A stretch of DNA of 63,978 bases, filler included, from Trypethelium eluteriae (Eukaryota): NCBI GenBank assembly GCA_051942245.1. It is 4 parts of 4 records of this genome, joined end to end, with 100 filler letters (N's around TTAATTAATTAA, not from the genome) between each part and the next. Parts side by side here need not be neighbours in the genome. Positions count along the whole stretch, not along the records: positions 17,008 to 33,896 come from JAVECL010000608.1; positions 33,997 to 50,869 come from JAVECL010000609.1; 2 more parts are not named here. The stretch is one strand, 5' to 3'. Position numbers and translations under genes: made by a program. Below are positions 24,554 through 36,970 of this stretch, in pieces; within the stretch, counting starts at the first letter, position 1; each line of letters begins with the position of its first letter. Below the pieces are notes generated by a model, which was given only the letters and a program-made list of their open reading frames with translations, ran no database searches and was not told where the DNA came from.

Positions 24554-26270
24554 AGGTATGGGTAGGTTTGGCACTTGCGTGCATGTTATTCTTGTTCAAA
24601 GCCATGGGCTTCTTATTGCGAAGTGCATTGATGGAGATGGGAACGATACCAAAAATTAGTGGAATCAATCATACACACAAGTCTACTTCTCATCCTTTGA
24701 TAGTGGATGTTGGTGAGAGCTAACGATGATCTGCGAACCCGAAATCATGCGCGGATACCGACTGCAAAAAGGCACGTACTCATCGTGGCAGTCATTGATC
24801 TCTACTAGATCATGCTTCTATAGACAACCGAAGCATTTCACCTAATGCTAATTTTTAGAGAGGGGATAGAATCCACTGTGCTAATCGTAGGTAATCAGGC
24901 GAAAGCTGTTGGGAACAAGACTGGGACTCAGTTGCTTGTCTCCCAACGCTTACAATGCTGACGAGCAGCCAGAAAATCCGAGATTAAGGTAGCTAAGGCC
25001 AGATATCATCTTCATCCAACTATACATTTAAAGCGTACATTAATCAGTTTAGGAAGCCTGTCTCGGAGGTGTAAAGTATCCCCTCATCTCTGGTGGTCGC
25101 TTCGGCGTTTCACAACCCAAGGTTGGCAAGAGGAAGTCATCGAGCACATGTGCACAACTCCATATTCGCGCATAATCAGGCAAAAATTATTTTCGACGCA
25201 ACATTGTATAGCATAAAATCCATTTCGTCTTTAAAAATACCATTCAGTGCTTTAAGTGAGGGAGGATTTCTCGGTCTATGAATCTGCCCATGCTAACAAC
25301 ATAGATCGTGCTGCGCCTGGAGTGTATCTTTCACCAGCACATCCAGGTCCGAGCTTGAACCTCATGATTTGGGAACTGATGGGCAAATACTAGGCCTAAT
25401 TAACGCACAGTCTGGCAATGTGCATCAATCAAGCCAAGGATCTGTCTTCCCTTCCTTGCCGGCTCTGTTTCCTCCACCGCATATATACGTCCAAGACTCC
25501 GGGACATTGGACGTGTCCGATAATCTACTCCTACACATCCAGCGAACCTCTACAAGATGAAAAGGAATTAGGGAATGCCGCGATAAAAGACATGAACAAA
25601 ATGGAGATGAAAGCCTAGCTGAAAAAAATTCCCTTTAGAGAAGAACAGAAGGAGCCACATCAAATACTTACAAGTTTTTTCGGTGGGTTCCAGCCTTCAA
25701 AATGAGCTTGGGAGATCAATCTGGCGAAGGAGCGTTGGTCCCTACTATATGGCAACTTGTACCGCAAGGATGACCTGCCTTAGCCACAGTCTCCGAGCCA
25801 TTCCGGATCGAATGTTTAGCGACGGACTTGATGACAACGTCCGGATTGTCCGGATCCTAATTCAAGACACGCGATAACTACTGTCCTGGGAATCGATCAT
25901 GAGGCCAAATAGCTGAGCTCAGATGCGAACTCCAGCGAGCCTCGGTGGTGCCGAGCCCAACATCGATTCCCCAGGCCACATATACCGAATGGTGTTTCAG
26001 AACCATCATCGTCCTCATATATAGCAGGCATCCTTTAGGACCAAATTTTAATGCTCTCATTATGCTGACGTATAGAAGACTTGAAGTGACATCAGAAGTC
26101 ATTAGCAATCATGACAGGGATTGGATGTAGACTGGATGAATGAATGCCTTCGGAGAAGTATCTTTCATTTTACTCAGCTTTGAAATTCTCACACTTTTTG
26201 CCGCGCTGTTCCTTTACAAACACTTGAAATTTCATAAGTACTTCGAAGCATCTCCTTGTCAAAGATAATT

Positions 26271-27161
26271 ATGCTTAAAGGAATCTCAAATTTTCATGAT
26301 ATGAGCTCTTTCATAATCAATCTTGCCCTCGCTTTTATTATTACCACTTACCCGATAATGTTGAATGCCCTTCTCTTGGATAGATCATATTCAGTGGCAC
26401 GAGACGGATCTTCGGGGTAAATTACTGTCAACGTGTTGATCTATGTCTCGCTAACTAGAATATAACGCAGTGGATCACTCACGTTGAGTTACGAACCCGC
26501 CGATAATTCGACTAAACGCAGTGCTGCATTGTTCAATGTGGAGAGTCTTGCTCCGAGAGTGCAAACCACTTACGCAGTCAATCAATGTCCAGAGCAGGCT
26601 ATCCGCGCACCTCCTTCTGAGACAGTCTTTTCTTCATCCGTCTGCACGAGTAGAGGCTTTGGAGCATCTTGGAGACTCTGGTGCAAGGAACCCAACCGTA
26701 CGGACGAAGGGCATGAAATTGTCCATGGATATTCAGGCCAATGTCGTGATGACGAAATGTGTGTAGATCTATGGGACCAGACCTTACCTCGTCTTAGTCA
26801 ATTAGTATCGTGGTGTGTTCATGCTACCCAGTTCGTTAAGCTTGCCCGAGCCCGCACAGCAAATACTGAGCGACCTGTCAACATTCGACTACCTAACGAG
26901 ACAGACTCAAACCAGCATGTAGCAATAACCCTCACTGCGGAGGACGGCAAGAACGTTCCGTTCGACTCGGGTCTTACCTTGACTCCTCAAGACACAAATC
27001 AGAACGATTTGCCCGGCGCCGAATTGTGTCAGTCTTGTAGCGGTCTAGAGATTGGATCTTGGCCGGCTGAGACCGTCAGTCTTAGAGCGGTGGCGACTCT
27101 ACCGAATGTCAATGATACAGCAAACATGTACGCAGCCTTCTGTGGTAATACCAGCTGCTAG
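26271..27161 (+). CDS. Secreted cysteine-rich protein, FOLD (dual-domain) effector-like; 278 aa (268 aa from ATG 26301)
   Basis: Exon 1 26271-26416, intron 26417-26470 (GTAAAT...CTAAC...CAG), exon 2 26471-27161 in frame. Hydrophobic N-terminus SFIINLALAFIITTYPIMLNA, pro-region with KR and LAPR, 10 Cys. Family assignment is from recalled Cys spacing. Confidence 0.7.
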
Positions 27162-27519
27162 TACTGTACTGTGTATCGAATGTGATTATAGATTTCCAAG
27201 AGCTATGCGTACTAGTTTGTTCCTGGACGAAGGTAGCCGTCGGCAAGGGCCTAGGATCAAAAGCAGGAGCTTGTCATAGCCTTCTATAAGAATCGATGAA
27301 AAAGCCCCTATTGGAGCATTGGGTACAGCAGTCTTACTGCCATATGCGTGGCCCAAGGGGCAACCTGCCATAATGCCAAAGTTTGAGCATCCATGCCCGA
27401 GCTGCACCGCTAAAGCCTACATATCAATAAGACTACCACTATGCTGAATCACTACCGAACCTTCTCGGCTCCTCTCCAAAGACACGCCTCCACATGTGAC
27501 GCTTGTGTTCTTCCCTCTT

Positions 27520-28206
27520 TCAACGCGCTTGGGCTCCTTCCTGGTAGCACCCAGATATCTCCCACCCTCCTCGCGGCCCGCCTTCCTCGAATCGCCACCT
27601 GCTCGAGTAAGGCGTGTGGGCGATCCCGAAAAACAGTCCCTTCGGCCGCAATTGGTGCCCCGTGTTTTGAATGACTTCCTCGACGAGCCGGTACTCTGTC
27701 GCATCCCGGTCTGCTGACCGTAAACGGTAATAATCCTCTGTTTCGCCCCGTCGTGGAGGTCTTGGCCAGTTGTTAGTCGGGATGGCGAACCACCATTGCT
27801 TCACGGCTGGGGCGTGACCGGCAAATTCTAGCGGAGGATTGCGATGGAGGGCCAAGTGGTCACACTCGACGAACGCCACGCGATCTTTCTCGGAGAGGCT
27901 TACAGTCTCGTATACCGCCTGGATGTAGCTAAAAAGGGCAATGGATCGAGGTAGCGCCGACCCCCGCGATTCGAAGGCACGCGAGCAAGGAAGGGAGAAG
28001 GCGAGTAGCTTCTCTCTGATGAGGAGCTGGAGGATCTCGTTCTGGATCTGGCGGCATGTGCATGCAAGCGGGATGCCTTTGAAGCTTGCAGCTTTGCCTG
28101 ACGGGAGAATGTCTTCGTAATGGACGTATACGCGCCTTGCTGGGAGCAGATTTTTGTAAACTTCCAACCGCAATTCTGCAGGTAGCTCACCAAACGGGAA
28201 TGACAT
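27520..28206 (-). CDS. Hypothetical protein with N-terminal F-box/2EXR-like motif (228 aa)
   Basis: FPFGELPAELRLEVYKNLL and LACTCRQIQNEIL are the two hallmark segments of fungal F-box-like proteins. Confidence 0.7.
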   Translation of the reverse strand: MSFPFGELPAELRLEVYKNLLPARRVYVHYEDILPSGKAASFKGIPLACTCRQIQNEILQLLIREKLLAFSLPCSRAFESRGSALPRSIALFSYIQAVYETVSLSEKDRVAFVECDHLALHRNPPLEFAGHAPAVKQWWFAIPTNNWPRPPRRGETEDYYRLRSADRDATEYRLVEEVIQNTGHQLRPKGLFFGIAHTPYSSRWRFEEGGPRGGWEISGCYQEGAQAR

Positions 28207-28807
28207 TTTGATAAGTTGTGTTCAGACGCGTGAAGTTAGTTGATACAAGAAGCTAGGGTAAGAGAGAGACTAGAGTTAAAAAGGAATGAAGAAGCACCGA
28301 GTAGCTTAATTAAAAAGCCAACCTTCATTGAAGACTGAGGTACATCAACCATAATGATGAAAGATGTGACAAGTAGGAAAGGTGACCGTGGGAGAATCAA
28401 AGAAATTTACTTTGTCTGCGAAAACTGGAAGGTGACCGTGGGAGATGGATGCTTCACTACCGGCGCTGGCTCGCTCTCAAATCAGAATTCGACAATCACG
28501 CATGCTCCAAAGTGCGAATGGGACGCAGCAGAGGTTGCGAAACGTGTTCGATAGTGGCTGATATGGGATTCTCGCGATAATGGGCGAAACGAAAATATGT
28601 TCTTTCAGATCTATATACAAAGAATAAGATGATCGTTTTTGCACAAAACAAAATAGTGCATCAAGAGCAGCAACAGCCACACCAATTTATACTCCTGAGG
28701 AGTCAGCCACCTCTTGCCGTCAACTCAGGCTACCACCAAGTCTACTCAATCTATTCCACTAAACCCACACATCTATCCTCATATCTATGGGTCTCGTACA
28801 GGCTCAA

Positions 28808-31787
28808 TCAAAACATCCGATGAGCCGGCGCATGAGTGCCATACCCCCCAGCCGTCGCATTCGACGAACCACCCAGCGCCTGCTGCAGCGGCAACTTCCT
28901 CGAGCTCGACCCCACATAAACGGTCTTCGTATAGTTGCTAATGACCCAGTTCTGACTCACCGGATCCCAGTTCGAGAAGTCGCGACGAGTGAGCTCCGCC
29001 GAGAAGGTGGCGGTGGCGCCCGGCGCAATGGTAAGACGGTCAAACCCACGGAGCACAACCTTCGGGTCGTCGGGACCGCCGAGACCGACATACACCTGCG
29101 GTACCTCATCACCCGCGACCTTGCCCGTGTTTGTGATGTCGGCGGTGACGGTGTAGAAGACGTCGTAGAGCTGCGGGTTGCCGCCGGGGCCACCGCCCGC
29201 GCCGATCTTGGGCTGAGGGGAGCCATCTTGGGAGCCGGCTGGGAGGTATTCGTTGGCGGGTTCGCCGTAGTCGGAGTCGTTGGAAGCGGATTTGATGTCT
29301 GAGTTGTTGAGGTATGGGTAGATGTAGAGGGGCACTTCGTGGAAACCAGCGGGGAAGACGTAGCCTGCCGGATCGGTGCTGAAGTTGCCGAGAGTGGGCG
29401 CTGCCTTTGTCTGTCCGGCGTTGGGAACATAGTTGTTTGCTCGTTGACCTACGATTTTGAGGTTGGAGTAGCTGAAGTTCGTGTAGGAGATACCGTATCC
29501 AAACTCGTAGATTGGGTCGATGCCCTGCTTGTCGAAGGAACGGTAATCGATGAATACTCCCTCTTGGAAGTTGAGTTGAGGCTGATCAGTACCGTTGTTT
29601 AATCTGTATAAAACGTCGGTGCCGTAATCTGGTCGGTTTTTCCCGATAGTAAATGGAAGCTTGCCACCAGGGTTGACACGTCCGTAGAGTACGTCAGCAA
29701 TGGCATTACCCGATTGCTCACCAGGAATACCAGCCCAGATAATGGCGGTAATGTTGGGGTGATCGTAGAATGAAGAGATGTCGACTGGTCCAACAGTGTG
29801 CATAACAACGACGGTATTGTTGTGTTGCGAGCTGACATTGGCGATGAGTTCGGCACCACCACGCCAAAGGGTCAAATTGTTGCGATCACCTTCGTTGGTG
29901 TCAACAACAATGTAACCTTCACCAGAATCTGCATTGACAAAGACAAGGGAGACACCACCGACTTGGTCAGCACGACGCGCCAAAGCACTAATCTGGTCGT
30001 ATGCATAATTGTCAGTCACGTCTTCAATGGCGCCCATATTGCTGAACACCTCGTTCTGGATGGCGGTAAGTGGTGTAATCAGATACGGAAAGTTTGCTGT
30101 GCCAGAACCCCACGCCATACCAAGAGTACCGTTATCGCAGCCACGGTCAGAGCATCCGTTAGGACCGTACGGGTTATCGCCTGCATCGTCTCCAAAGACA
30201 GCAGTGAGCTTTTCCTTGCCTGTGAGTGGCAGAGCATTATTGGTGTTCTTTAAGAGGACAGTGCCTTTAGCAGCTTGGGTCCGGGCCTGCTGTCCATGAT
30301 CGGCACGGACATCAACGTGTTCGTTGATTAGACCGTAACTCTCGCTCGCAATATAATGCAGGTAGCCATAAGTGTCGGTTGTCCACGCATCAAAGTTGAC
30401 GGGGATTGGGTTCTTGTCGAGACCAACCAAGTAGTAGCCAGCCATGACACGCGTGGCCATGTCATCAATACGCCATTCTGGGATGGAGCCATTCAGAACA
30501 GCAATTGTCAAATTGGCACCCCAGAACGATTGGCCTGAATCGAAGGCTGTGTCACCAGGCATAGACATGTCCAGTCCAGCAAGCGCGCTGCTCACGCCGG
30601 AGTGGTGCGCACCCCAGTCGGTCATGACGAAGCCTTGGAAGCCAAGTTCACCTTTCAGAAGGTAATTGAGCGTGTGACTATTCTGGCATCCGTAGCTACC
30701 ATTGATGTTGTTGTAGACGCACATGATCGATGCTGTTCCGGCGCGAACCGCGTCGGCGAACGGCCAGAGATAGAGTTCGTGCATGGTTTTGTCATCAAGA
30801 TTGGCGCTGTATTCCCCGGTGAAGTTATAGCCATATCCGCTGGACTCGGTCACTTGGCGGAAGTGCTCTTGCTCGTATGCGATGTAGTGCTTCGTGCAAG
30901 CCATGACACCAGCGTCCTGGATGCCCTTAACGGTTTGAGCAACGGCAATACCGGACAAGACTGGATCCGGACTGAACCCTATAGTCGCGAATGATTAGCT
31001 CTCGTTGTAGCCGTCTTCATTATTGTTACGCACCTTCCCAGTTTCGACCAGCTTCCGGAGCACGTCCAAGAGGTCCAACAACTGGGCCGAGCTGGATGTC
31101 CACGCCTTTATGTTTGTGTTCGTCACCCATTCCATAGCCACGCTGGTAGAACAGCTCACGGTCCCAAGTAGCGGCGATCGTGACACCCGCCGGAAACACA
31201 GTGTTGAAGTCGGCTGAGAAAAGTTAGTGCATTGCGCCTACAAATGGGGTAGATTCTCGACGCACTATCTCGAACGCCCACAGGGGAATCTTCCAAACAA
31301 AGTCCCGTGAAGTTCAGTCTCGGAATCTTGCCGGTGTTTCCAACGCAGCGATCACCCTCCCATCTACAGGCAATAAGCATTCTCCCTTGAATTCTGGTAT
31401 TGGTTATTGCTTACCCAACTCCGGTGGTAAGATTAACTTTCTCCAACAGAGTCAATTGGCGAACGAATGCTTGAGCCTTGGCGTACGCAGCATCCCAGCC
31501 GCCAGAGCCGTCCATCCATGGTGAAGGATAGAATGGTGGTGATATCTGGCCCGACTGGGCACCCGGGACAGCATTTGGATCAACGGCCGCGGGATAGGTC
31601 GTGTTTGGGAACTAGATGGGAATCGGCGTTCAGCAGAAGTTCCAGTTGCGGGGAACAAGCAGGAAGTACTCACCGGTGAAGTGCAGTTATCGATACCGTT
31701 GCAAGGAATTGATTGAGCGTTGGCCAAAATTCCTGAGCCGGCGCCAACGGCGAGGCCTGAAATGACGGCGTGGGCGATCCGCCACAT
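28808..31787 (-). CDS. bglA: Secreted GH3 beta-glucosidase (multi-exon)
   Basis: Signal peptide from ATG 31787; [39 protein letters not shown], nucleophile FVMTDWG, acid/base ADSGEGY, C-terminal FnIII-like GDEVPQVY...VLRGFDRL. Confidence 0.93.
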
Positions 31788-33896
31788 AATGCTACCGATG
31801 ACAAACAATGATGCTAATGCTAGAATGCTAGTGAGCACTAAAGAAAAGGAATCCAAACGATGGAGGAATGCAGATAGCCGTGCACCCAGGACAAAAGTCA
31901 GGCAACTAGCAAAAGAGCCCGAGGGTTGTTTCCCTCCCGGGAGACGCGAGGACTGGGAGGTATTAATATTATTAACATCGGCCGGAGGGGTGGTAATGGA
32001 GGTCTCGTTAGCGCTCGACGCATGCATTATTTAGACATTAGGAGCGTCGAGCGTGACCTTGTGATTAGCGGAACGAAGGACGGTTGAGATCTCCGAATAC
32101 CCGTACCTGACGCGAGCTCCAGTTTGGGTGGTTAGCGTCATTGTTTTGGTGGAACAACAAGGTTGCACAAGATTCAGCAGAGCTCGGCGGGCCCCAAGAC
32201 ACGGGACGTTGACCGGGGAGCAGCCGCATCCTAAAGCGGACTATGCCCCCGAATGGAAGGACTCCAGAACTTCGTTGACGCGGGGAAACTCGACTCACTC
32301 CACTGACAGCGCCCGTAAAACGCCATGTCGAGCATTACGAGCTCCACTCAACGTCATCTGCTCACCCCCTCGAATCATGCCCGTTCTCTTGCGCCCACTT
32401 GGCGGAGCCATTGCAGCCTCTCCAACGGTTCTGATGCGCCGTAGCAGAGGTCCAAGCTGGATCCAAACTGAATCTAAACTGTACCCTAGGGACAGGCTAA
32501 ATGTTGGCTAAAGAAATTTTTTAGCCAGGGAGCCTGGGCTTGCCAAGGCGCACCTCCAATTGCGGGGGAGTATATTTCCTGAATTTTGGGATGCGATGTA
32601 GGCTCCCTTCAATCTCGCACATCCGGATTGACGTAAAGGGCGGGATGACGGTATCCATCTACCACCCTAGTTGGATCGCCTCTACTCTTCATCTCGCTCA
32701 AAGATTAGGCTGTTGGCTTGCTATTTGAGGCAACAACTGCAGCTCGTGTTCGCCATGTGCCAGTCAAATGAAATTTTCTTGTATAATATATGAGGAAGGG
32801 GCCCAGACCAGGAACTGGGAACATAAGATGCAAATTGATCTCGGCCGACCGGCCCGTCATAAGGCATTTGCCCTCTTGGTGTCTCGTTGAGCCGCATGGC
32901 TGCCTGCAAGGTTGCTCGCCTCCTCGCTTAGAGTTCCTGTCTTCTCAGCAAAAGTCTCCTCATTTATTCCGTCCCGCTATCCTCCGTAATCCCTCGGTGC
33001 TCCATGCCAAGCTTGATGAGAGCCTAACAGGATTTTGCCGGAATAAGCAATTCTATATATCCAGCGCCACAAGACACCACAATCTACAGTCGTGGAGACT
33101 GAGGATATGATCAGAATCTGGAACGTGGTTAGACTGGATACCTGGTACTCCTGGGTCAAGCTGTCATATCCTGGCTGGTGGAATTCGTAATGATGTCAAT
33201 CCTGGTACCTTGCTTCCAGCTCTAGCCCTTAGCTTCTACCTAAACTCATATTCAGGGGAACTGAACCCCGCAACCTTGCTCAGTAAGCTGACGAGGCTCC
33301 GCAAAGCTCCATCCCCACCATATTTTCAAGCATGATAGTACCGGAGGTATTTCAATTCCCCGTCCTACAAGATCACAACAGGTAAAGGCATCTTAATAGA
33401 TGACAAATTCTAGCAGTTGTTGCCCTCACAATGCACATGCTAAACGCGTCAACCAGAATGCAAATTTTCAATTGGGTGACATAAAACACATACTCTGTTG
33501 TCTCAGGGGGCGACGCCAAATGCAATACTCCAGTATCAATTGGTTTCGTCATACTCGATCTGTTGCTGTGCAAGCCAAACTTCTCAGACAACTCTAACAC
33601 TGCTCCGTCAAATTTACAATATGTATCAAACATCTTGTTCCTTTGACCTACGCTTCCCAGTCGTGTCCTTCGACTTCCCCAAGACCAGCATCATCCCACT
33701 ACGATAACGTGCAACCACCATCCGTATCCACCTCCATGGCGCCCCAATACCTCCACAATTCCTGCGCTTCGTCTCCACCGCCCTTCTCTCTTTCCCCATT
33801 TCCTCGCACCTGTCAGCATCCCGATTCCTCCCCGATGACATCCCTTCACCAGCAGCCAGCTCCACATCCCTCTCAACCCCTCTCCCCTCCCTCCCC

Positions 33897-33996
33897 NNNN
33901 NNNNNNNNNNNNNNNNNNNNNNNNNNNNNNNNNNNNNNNNTTAATTAATTAANNNNNNNNNNNNNNNNNNNNNNNNNNNNNNNNNNNNNNNNNNNN
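33897..33996. other. Artificial contig linker
   Basis: 44 N + TTAATTAATTAA + 44 N. Confidence 0.98.
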
Positions 33997-34140
33997 TCGC
34001 TATGCTCTACACGAGGGTCAATGCGCGAGATTCTCGAACCTACTACGTAGGTCCTCATTTTACTAGTTAATTAGGTTTTTTACTGTCCTCATTTTCGATG
34101 AGGTTTATATAGAGCCCTTATCTCAGGTTACACAGAGGAA

Positions 34141-35435
34141 TTAATCGAGTCCTTTTCTCCAAAAAACGGTGCCTAACATCATCAAGTTTTTGTGCCAGTT
34201 AATTGACATTATCTGGGTCTTACGTGGGATATCCCAGCGAGGCATCCACGATGGAAACGAATCAATCACGCTCGTGCTACCATGTTCAACGAAAGAGAGG
34301 AGTCGGAGATCTTTTGTTTTGGTAGCCCATGCGCGTGCGAAATTGACGTACGTCTCCTCTTTTGTTAAGCAATAGTCAGGCTCCTTAATAAATGATCCAT
34401 CGACGCGCGCGAGCGGATGGCCGTACATTGCGTAGATGTGGTCTCTTGGATCCGACGTAGCATGGCCGTTCACTTCGATGAGGAAGGGAAGGAAGCTAAA
34501 GTCGGCTTGTTTGGAGACCTTTCTCCAGTCGGGCGCGAATTCTGACTTCGGCCGGGGAGCCTCCATCAACCAGCCACCGGCTGAGTTTAGCAAACCCTCG
34601 CTTATGAAATTCGGTCGGTCCTCAGAGTTCACCATGTAACGAAAATGGTACGCCCGGCAGAACAGGACCCAGTGATGATGTATGAGCACAGGCAATCCTA
34701 TCACGTGATCCACTAGTGTACGTGTATATAAGGTTCTCACCTCCATAGCTTAATCTACAAGCTTTCGCCACCCAATTTCATCATCACCCAGTCAATCTCG
34801 CTCTCTCCGAAGAGACACTTGACGTCCGCGCCCAGCCCGACTTCCTATACGATCCACAATCTCTTGAACCACGGATTCCGGAGAGCTGGATCGAACGCCT
34901 TCCACCTCGGGTCGGCAAATATGGATCCAGGACTACTCCGACGAGGCAGGTTAAAGTATGCTAGCTTTGTTGAAGCTTCTTCCTCATCTATGGCCTCGTT
35001 CACGAGCTTGACAAGGGAGGCAGCATCTGCACCGTCCTCGGCGCTACCTCCGAGACAGACCAGGACCGCGCGTGCGCTTTGGTAGATCTGACCCATAATC
35101 ATGACCTGGGCGTTGCGCTCTCGTATATCGTTTTGATTGATGCAGACCTGGTCTACCCACACGTGCCGCACCTCTGACAGCAGGCGCACGCGGTGGAGAG
35201 CTTCCCCCAGATTCGCTGTCACACCAATTCGAACTGCGTCGTTGCAGAGGATGCTTTCGGTCTTCTCGGGATCGCCCCAAGTGTACGACAGTGCGTCATA
35301 GGGAGGACCACTGTCAATGGGCCGAATTACGATGTGGCCAACTAGAGGCTCGTTGCCGCTTCCCGGCTCGAGGAGAAGACATCTGAAGTTGGATTTTCCT
35401 CCCAAGGATGAGTAAAAGTCGGATGGATGCGACAT
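34141..35435 (-). pseudogene. HET-domain (heterokaryon incompatibility, HET-6-like) pseudogene
   Basis: YDALSYTWG, VWVDQVCINQND..ERNAQVMIMGQIY, WFKRLWIV-TAG-EVGL (stop at 34845-34847 where Q of the QE motif is expected), further stops and frame change before ATSDPRDHIYAM...PDY...PSWMPRW; C-terminus short. Confidence 0.85.
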
Positions 35436-36970
35436 GGTACGTGAAGGCAGGCGCAAAGAGTCAGACCATCAAAGTGAGCCTTATGGAAACTGAAAGATAT
35501 TGATTGTTACCTCAGTGAATTCAGACAGCTGGATGAGACGATAGGGTGGGTGGTAAGGCCCCCTGCTGGCGTAGTAGGGCCCTGTCTAGCCACAGATACT
35601 ATCCTTATCAGGCTTAGTGACTTTCTGTTTCCTCATCCGACCGTCCCTGAGCTATACTTGTCGCGACTTGGTTGTGGACCGAGAGTTGGGATATAGAGAT
35701 TTTCGACTATTTCAGCTATAGATTATTTCACAGACTTACTGGGTGTTCAAATGGGGAAACCTAGGTACTGTAAGGTATGCACTTCCACTTGATACCAAGT
35801 TTGGTTGCTGATTTGACCTAGGATACTTCATAATTCGATGTCTAAATGATGACTTTGAAGCCTTCGGTCGAGAGTCCTTTCTGTCTATGTACCCCCGCCT
35901 CTTTCTCTTCACCTACCCACCCGTCTGCCTGCCAGTCTGTCTACCTATGTGCCTACCTACGTATCTACGTAGACGGAGGTGTGAGACCTAGGCAGAGATA
36001 CAAGACCAACCTAGAGGTGCTCATATGTGATTCTTCAATGAGTCTGTTTTTGCTCTCCTGGAGGTGGATGTTTTTTGAGGATACTATGTAGATTGGTAAT
36101 GAGGTAAGACCGTACGAATAGATGGTATTGATCTCGATTCCTCAAAGGGAATCAGAAAGAGTAGTAATGATTTTCAAGCATGTTGAGTTCTGATAGTTTT
36201 ATTGTCACTATACTTTTTCCTGTTACTATTTTACTATTACTAATATAAAGAATATTAAAAGTCGCTGAGATCTCATCTTAGTACTAAGATGGGACAAAGG
36301 TTATTCCCCATCCCGTCCCATCCTAGTGTGACTCTTAACCAAAGATAAAATAATAAATAAAATGTATCAAAAATAAAGGACGTTTAAAAGCCTCCATCTC
36401 AGCTGCAAATAGCTCATTGATATCTCCATTAAAAACAACATCTTTTATACAACAGGGTATCTTGGTTGAATTCTTCAGGCTTGCACACGAAAGCAAAAGA
36501 GGAACGTCCTTGGTTGAGATACGCACACTCAATGAAATGGTTTCATGGGCGATTGCTGCGACTGCAGCTTAGCAATCAACTTCATGTATTTTTGGGGGGT
36601 TACGGCCATCCTTGCAAATCAGGTGGCAACTTCTCTGCACCAAAGAGGCACAGTAACTCACCTGCAAAGGCCAGAGTCCCACATGCAGGAAGCTATTGCA
36701 ACCGTTGTGAGACTTACTAAAGGAGGGCTGCTATAACAGGCAGCTTGTTCTGTTTACATATTCCACAATTCTTCTTTGACAGGTTGCGTCGGCTTTTGCA
36801 GGGACGAATGCTTTGCTGCCGATGTGTTTTCTACAGAAAAGACAGAAAAGTGGTGTGCTTCCTACAGACACTCTTCAACCTTCCGGGCTTGCGACGTGGT
36901 ATGTTTTTCTTCGTAATTGCTCCAGCCTTGGGTCTACTGTATACTCTAAGGTATGCTCCGAAGTCCATGA

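Noticed and set aside
33626..33896. Open minus-strand frame running out of the gap, possibly a gene 3' end
   Set aside because: Low-complexity purine-rich sequence; plausible but not supportable without the upstream part.
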